NCBI GenBank assembly: GCA_965215565.1
Contig: CBDCDZ010000004.1
Span: forward strand, 2,400,001-2,464,000
Origin: Trueperaceae bacterium
GTDB lineage: Bacteria > Deinococcota > Deinococci > Deinococcales > Trueperaceae
Direction: 5' to 3'
DNA: 64,000 nt
This document shows, piece by piece, positions 59,848-64,000 of this stretch (the first letter of the stretch is position 1; each line of letters begins with the position of its first letter). A program made the position numbers and the translations under genes. A model generated the notes under the pieces. It saw nothing but the letters and a program-made list of their open reading frames with translations. It was not told the origin of the DNA and did not search any database.

Positions 59848-61344
59848 ATGCCTATGAAACTATCCAACCTACTCAACTTCGAACACACAGCGTCTGCGTC
59901 CGATCTCCAAGAAACTGAGCGCCCTTCCTGGGCGCTACTAAGCCGCAGCTTTCCGCTCACGCTCTTTGTCGGTCTACTCTTGGCGCTCTCGGTGACGCTA
60001 CTCCTTGCCATGTCAATCAACCGCGCTTTCGACTTCCACGACGAGTTCGAGGCGATGCACACCACCTGGAAGATGTTTCAAGGGCAAGAGATTTACACCG
60101 ACTTTATTCAGCACCATCATCCCTTTATGTATTACACCCTGTTGCCACTTTACACGCTTTTTGGCGGCGCGACGGACGTACTTATCGCCGCGAGGGTCTT
60201 CATTTTCTTTCAGCTTGCAGCGATGCTGGCGCTGACCTATCTCATCGCCAAAGAGGTTTATCAAAAGCGCCTCATCGCCCTCACGAGCACACTTTTTTTA
60301 TCGCTGACGACGCTTTTTACCGCGAAAGCTATTGAGATTCGCCCCGATGTGCCGCAGAGCCTCCTGAGTCTTTTGGGCGCGTATCTAGTGGTGCGGTTTT
60401 TTCGCACGCGCTCGAGGTGGACGCTAGTCGCCGCAGGTCTCGCCTCGGGCGCGTCCATTCTATTTTTGCAAAAAGGGATTGTGTTCGCGGGCTTAGTCGG
60501 CTTAGTGCTGTTAGGGCGCTGGCTATTTGGACGCGACATAAAATTTCGTGAAGGGTTGCTCTTTGCAGGCTCTGTTGTTGCGGCGCTGCTCCCTTACACG
60601 CTCTACTTGCTGCTCAGTGGCAAATTAGCCTCGTTTATCTTCTGGAACTTCACTTATAACACGCTCTATTATCAACTGCGCGGCTGGGAGGCGAGCAGGC
60701 TCGCTAAAAATATATACAGTGTTTTTGACGATAACGGTCTCTTGCTACTGCTTTTTTCAGCGACGCTGTTCTTTCTACCTAAAAAGAGGCTCGAATGGGA
60801 ACTCATCTTTTTGGCCGCTGGCGTATTCGGCTTTACCCTTCTCACCGGGCGTCACAACCCGCAGTATTACCTCTTGATCTTTCCGTTTGTAGCGATTTTG
60901 TCGGCTAGGGGGCTCATCACAGGTCTCAAGGTCGGCAGAGGAGGCAAGCTCGCCACTTTGCTCGTTCTAACGTTTGCGTGCCTTATACCGTTTGCCCGCC
61001 AGATCGCGGACATCATCGTCAACACAAACGAGCCACAGCTCGCCAAAATTCAATACGTTCTGGACCTTACAGATGAAGATGACTATGTTCATGACGGCAA
61101 CATCACCTTTAACCTCTTTCGGCGCGACATCGACTTTATCTGGTATATGGTGGACGAACCCTACAAAGCGGTCGAGACATTAGAGACGCTGCTTGACTAC
61201 GACTACAATATCTACGAAGCCATTGAGCGCTACGAACCTAAAGTGATTTCAGCTTTCGGCATTGACGATATGAACGACCCACGCATCGCGAACTACTACG
61301 TCCAGTCACCGGAGTACCGCGACCTCTTTATCCGAATTGAATAA
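59848..61344 (+). CDS. ArnT/GT39-like GT-C glycosyltransferase
   Basis: DE motif after TM1 (FHDE), HHHP, EIRPD and LQKG; many TMs. Confidence 0.78.
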   Translation: MPMKLSNLLNFEHTASASDLQETERPSWALLSRSFPLTLFVGLLLALSVTLLLAMSINRAFDFHDEFEAMHTTWKMFQGQEIYTDFIQHHHPFMYYTLLPLYTLFGGATDVLIAARVFIFFQLAAMLALTYLIAKEVYQKRLIALTSTLFLSLTTLFTAKAIEIRPDVPQSLLSLLGAYLVVRFFRTRSRWTLVAAGLASGASILFLQKGIVFAGLVGLVLLGRWLFGRDIKFREGLLFAGSVVAALLPYTLYLLLSGKLASFIFWNFTYNTLYYQLRGWEASRLAKNIYSVFDDNGLLLLLFSATLFFLPKKRLEWELIFLAAGVFGFTLLTGRHNPQYYLLIFPFVAILSARGLITGLKVGRGGKLATLLVLTFACLIPFARQIADIIVNTNEPQLAKIQYVLDLTDEDDYVHDGNITFNLFRRDIDFIWYMVDEPYKAVETLETLLDYDYNIYEAIERYEPKVISAFGIDDMNDPRIANYYVQSPEYRDLFIRIE

Positions 61345-61438
61345 GTGAAGCGCAGCAAGTATTATTGGGTCAGCGACGGGGACGGCGCACGCTCTGCTGC
61401 GAACTCTGAAGCGGTAGTGCAGAAACGATAACCCAAAA

Positions 61439-63001
61439 ATGATGACGCAGAAATGGAGCACAATGATTCGACTTTACGGCGTGTTACTCGTCCTTCTAGC
61501 GCTGAGCGCGTGTAACACCGAGCCGACTACCAGCACACCGACAACGGTTCAGGACCTGTTGGACGGTGACATCACCCTCACGGAAAACCCCTACGAGATT
61601 GCGCCCCTCACGGCTGAAGCTGTTTTTGAAACGAAGAGGCCTGTGCGCGTGACCCTCACCGTCCCCGGAGATGAGCCCGTCACGCAAACCTTTGCAGCGG
61701 CAACCGAGCACCGCATCCCTATCTTAGGGCTCTACCCGGCTACGGACAACCAGGTCACGCTGCGCTTGGAAAGCGACGAAGGCACGGCTGAGACGACGCT
61801 GAACATCGAGACAGACCCTTTACCGGAAGAATTTCCAGCGGTCACGATCGTCAAAGCGAATAAGGGCGAGATGGAGCCGGGCTGGAACCTGAACAGCTTC
61901 AGGCTGAGAGCGGAGCCCGAACGCGCTTTGCCCTTTATGTACGACTCCAAAGGCGTGGTTCGCTGGTACCTAAACCTACCCGTTAGCGGTCGGACGACTT
62001 CGCCTGAGCGGGTTACCAACGGCAACCTCATCTACGGCTTTGAGAGCACGCTCTACGAGTACGACATGCTCGGCAACAAGGTCAACCAGTGGGAGATTCC
62101 CGGCTACAGGTACCACCACGAAATCACCGAGAAGCCAGAGGGCAATCTCAAAGGTAACCTTATCGTCGCAGTCGATAAAGAGGGGCTAGACACCATCGAG
62201 GACTTTGTGATCGAGGTGGACCGTGAAACAGGCACAATCGTGAGGGAGTGGGACTTCAGGGAGGTGCTCGACGTGGACCGCCAGACGTTCGACGACGATG
62301 AAGAGGACTGGCTCCACATGAACGCGATCTTTTACGACGCGCGCGACGACACGCTCATCATTTCGGGGCGCGTCCAGGGACTCGCTAAGGTCACAATGGA
62401 CAACGAACTCGTTTGGATTCTCGCGACGCATAGGGGTTGGAATGAGAACGGTAACGGCGAGGACACGTCCAAGTACCTGCTCACCGCTGTGGACGCAGAC
62501 GGCGAGCCCTACCCAGAAGCCGTTCAGCAGGGCGAAGAGGATACCGAGAATTTCAGTTGGGTGTGGGGGCAACACGCGCCGCTTATTCTGCCTAACGGCA
62601 ATCTGTTCGTGTTCGACAACGGCGAGAACCGCAACTTTAGTGGCAACGGCGACTTCACACAGGATTCACCAAGCTTTAGTCGCGGCGTGGAGTACGCCAT
62701 CGACGCGGAGGCGATGACTGTCGAGCAGGTGTGGCAGTACGGCAAAGAGCGCGGTGAGGCGTTCTACTCACCCATCATCAGCGACGTGGATTATCTGCCG
62801 CAAACGGGCAACCGCCTCATTATGCCCGGCATCATCAACACCTTCTCGCCGCCATCTTACGCGCTCATGACCGAGGTAACGTACGACAAAGAGGTGGTGT
62901 TTGAGGCGAGGCTCGAGTTCAAGAACTTGCTCGAGGGCGAGAGCATCTTCGGAGACTCCATCTACCGCGCCGAACGCCTACCGCTCTATCCCGAGCAGTA
63001 G
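61439..63001 (+). CDS. Aryl-sulfate sulfotransferase (ASST) lipoprotein
   Basis: Lipobox LSAC; ENPYEIAPLTA, PILGLY, YHHE, DWLHMN, GQHAP, FDNG and SRGVEY. Confidence 0.9.
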   Translation: MMTQKWSTMIRLYGVLLVLLALSACNTEPTTSTPTTVQDLLDGDITLTENPYEIAPLTAEAVFETKRPVRVTLTVPGDEPVTQTFAAATEHRIPILGLYPATDNQVTLRLESDEGTAETTLNIETDPLPEEFPAVTIVKANKGEMEPGWNLNSFRLRAEPERALPFMYDSKGVVRWYLNLPVSGRTTSPERVTNGNLIYGFESTLYEYDMLGNKVNQWEIPGYRYHHEITEKPEGNLKGNLIVAVDKEGLDTIEDFVIEVDRETGTIVREWDFREVLDVDRQTFDDDEEDWLHMNAIFYDARDDTLIISGRVQGLAKVTMDNELVWILATHRGWNENGNGEDTSKYLLTAVDADGEPYPEAVQQGEEDTENFSWVWGQHAPLILPNGNLFVFDNGENRNFSGNGDFTQDSPSFSRGVEYAIDAEAMTVEQVWQYGKERGEAFYSPIISDVDYLPQTGNRLIMPGIINTFSPPSYALMTEVTYDKEVVFEARLEFKNLLEGESIFGDSIYRAERLPLYPEQ

Positions 63002-63010
63002 ACATGTACC

Positions 63011-63166
63011 TAGCAGGTTATTTCGTATAGCTTCGCTCAATTAAAGTCTGTCTCGAAAAGCTCGGAAAACTGCGTCCCTGCGGGCTTTCAGAAAGCAGCA
63101 CGCACATTCTGAGATGAGGTCTCGTTAAGCTGCGCTCATCCGTCTCAGTGTGTTTTGGAACTGCTA
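63011..63166 (+). repeat. TAGCAG-family MITE-like repeat, copy H (both ends intact)
   Basis: TAGCAGG...AGCACGCACATTCTGAGATGA...CTGCGCTCATCCGTCTCAGT...GGAACTGCTA. Confidence 0.78.
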
Positions 63167-63170
63167 AAGC

Positions 63171-63209
63171 AAAAAAGCTGCCGTCACTTTTCGGTGACGG
63201 CAGCTTTTT
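63171..63209. terminator. Bidirectional terminator
   Basis: aaaaagctgccgtcac-ttttcg-gtgacggcagcttttt. Confidence 0.85.
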
Positions 63210-63217
63210 CAGGTGCT

Positions 63218-64000
63218 CTAGCCGCCTTTGGGCGACGCGAAGCGCGTCCGCACGTACGTCCCTAGCTCCTGCGGAAGTTTCGGCAACGTCTCAAAGGTAA
63301 AGGCGTCCGCCGCTTTCTTGATCCCTTCGGAGAGCGTCGGGTAGGGGAAGACGACGCCGCCTAGCTTGTAGAGCGAAATGCCCTGATACACCGCGAGCGT
63401 CAGCATGGAGATCATCTCGGAGGCTTTGGGCGCGACGATGGTGGCGCTCAGGATGCGCCCCGTCAGCCGAACGGCGTGGATGCGCACGAAGCCGTCCTCG
63501 AGCCCCTGCGTATACCCTTTGTCCGTATCCTTTAGCTCCACGTGCAGCGTCTTGATGAGGTCGGGGTGGTAGCGCTTATGGAGGTCTTCTAAGCTCGGAC
63601 CCACCATCGCGATTTCAGGATCGCTAAAGGTAGCGCTCGGGTAAGGTGGCTCTTTGCCAAACGTCGGCAACCAGGGCAACGCGAGCCGCCGCACCACGCG
63701 CCGCCCCTGCGCGTTAGCGGAGTGCGTAAAGTTCGAAGCGGGGTTCACGTCGCCGATAGCGAAGAGGCTCTCGACGTTCGTTGCGCCGAAAGGTCCAGCA
63801 GGAACGCCCTTCTTCTCGTCGTAGTGAAGCTCTGTATTCTCCAGCCCCAACCCCGTCACGTTGGGCGTGCGCCCCGCCGCCATCAGCACGCGGTCCACGC
63901 CCGAGAGCGCTATCTCTTGACCGTTTTGGTCCACAAAGAGCGTCTTCTCGTCCTCGTCGTAGCGCGAGGCTTGCGCGTTCAGATAGACCTCGACGCACTT
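63218..64000 (-). CDS. Pyridine nucleotide-disulfide oxidoreductase, dihydrolipoamide dehydrogenase/MerA-like (5' end outside the window)
   Basis: AAGRTPN, FAIGDV, FTHSA, TFSDPEIAMVG and FPYPTLSE; frame is open to the window edge. Confidence 0.88.
   Translation of the reverse strand, partial: KCVEVYLNAQASRYDEDEKTLFVDQNGQEIALSGVDRVLMAAGRTPNVTGLGLENTELHYDEKKGVPAGPFGATNVESLFAIGDVNPASNFTHSANAQGRRVVRRLALPWLPTFGKEPPYPSATFSDPEIAMVGPSLEDLHKRYHPDLIKTLHVELKDTDKGYTQGLEDGFVRIHAVRLTGRILSATIVAPKASEMISMLTLAVYQGISLYKLGGVVFPYPTLSEGIKKAADAFTFETLPKLPQELGTYVRTRFASPKGG

Noticed and set aside
797..63166. TAGCAG repeats as a CRISPR array or integron attC sites
   Set aside because: They are dispersed, degenerate and in both orientations, with no regular spacers, no RYYYAAC/GTTRRRY ends, and no cas or intI genes.
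63218..64000. Mercuric reductase merA
   Set aside because: No C-terminal Cys-Cys pair and no mer genes are visible; only family-level similarity.

Overview
This is a bacterial chromosomal window, GC-rich in coding regions. Gene content and protein style suggest a Deinococcota member (Trueperaceae-like); that assignment is inference. It holds about 60 CDS: a PIN/Phd-type TA pair, a Crp/Fnr regulator, a complete mrpABCDEFG Na+/H+ antiporter operon, an arsR-arsC-aquaporin operon, a general-stress cluster (PfpI, PA2169-like, type IB topoisomerase), and metabolic genes (acyl-CoA carboxylase beta, cysK, eukaryote-type UDP-sugar pyrophosphorylase). Signalling genes include a receiver-TrxR-like fusion with a cNMP histidine kinase, a giant CheB-CheR-PAS-GAF kinase and a Pat-type acetyltransferase. 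A ~13 kb cell-surface locus contains GT4, AsnB, a Wzy_C ligase, two head-to-head lipoproteins, GT-C-like proteins and an arylsulfotransferase. I saw no rRNA, complete tRNA, CRISPR array, transposase or integrase. The most notable observations are: (1) two divergently transcribed lipoproteins share an unnamed two-Cys C-terminal domain, one on Ig-like repeats and one on a Met-rich linker, inside a glycosylation/sulfation locus; (2) a degenerate MITE-like family bounded by TAGCAG...CTGCTA has at least 8 intergenic copies; (3) an internally deleted 44-aa VapC is missed by the ORF track; (4) a YprB-type exonuclease is fused to a WYL-like domain; (5) the TrxR-like output domain lacks its CxxC; (6) CTCGAG is over-represented. 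All assignments come from reading motifs by eye; no database searches were run.
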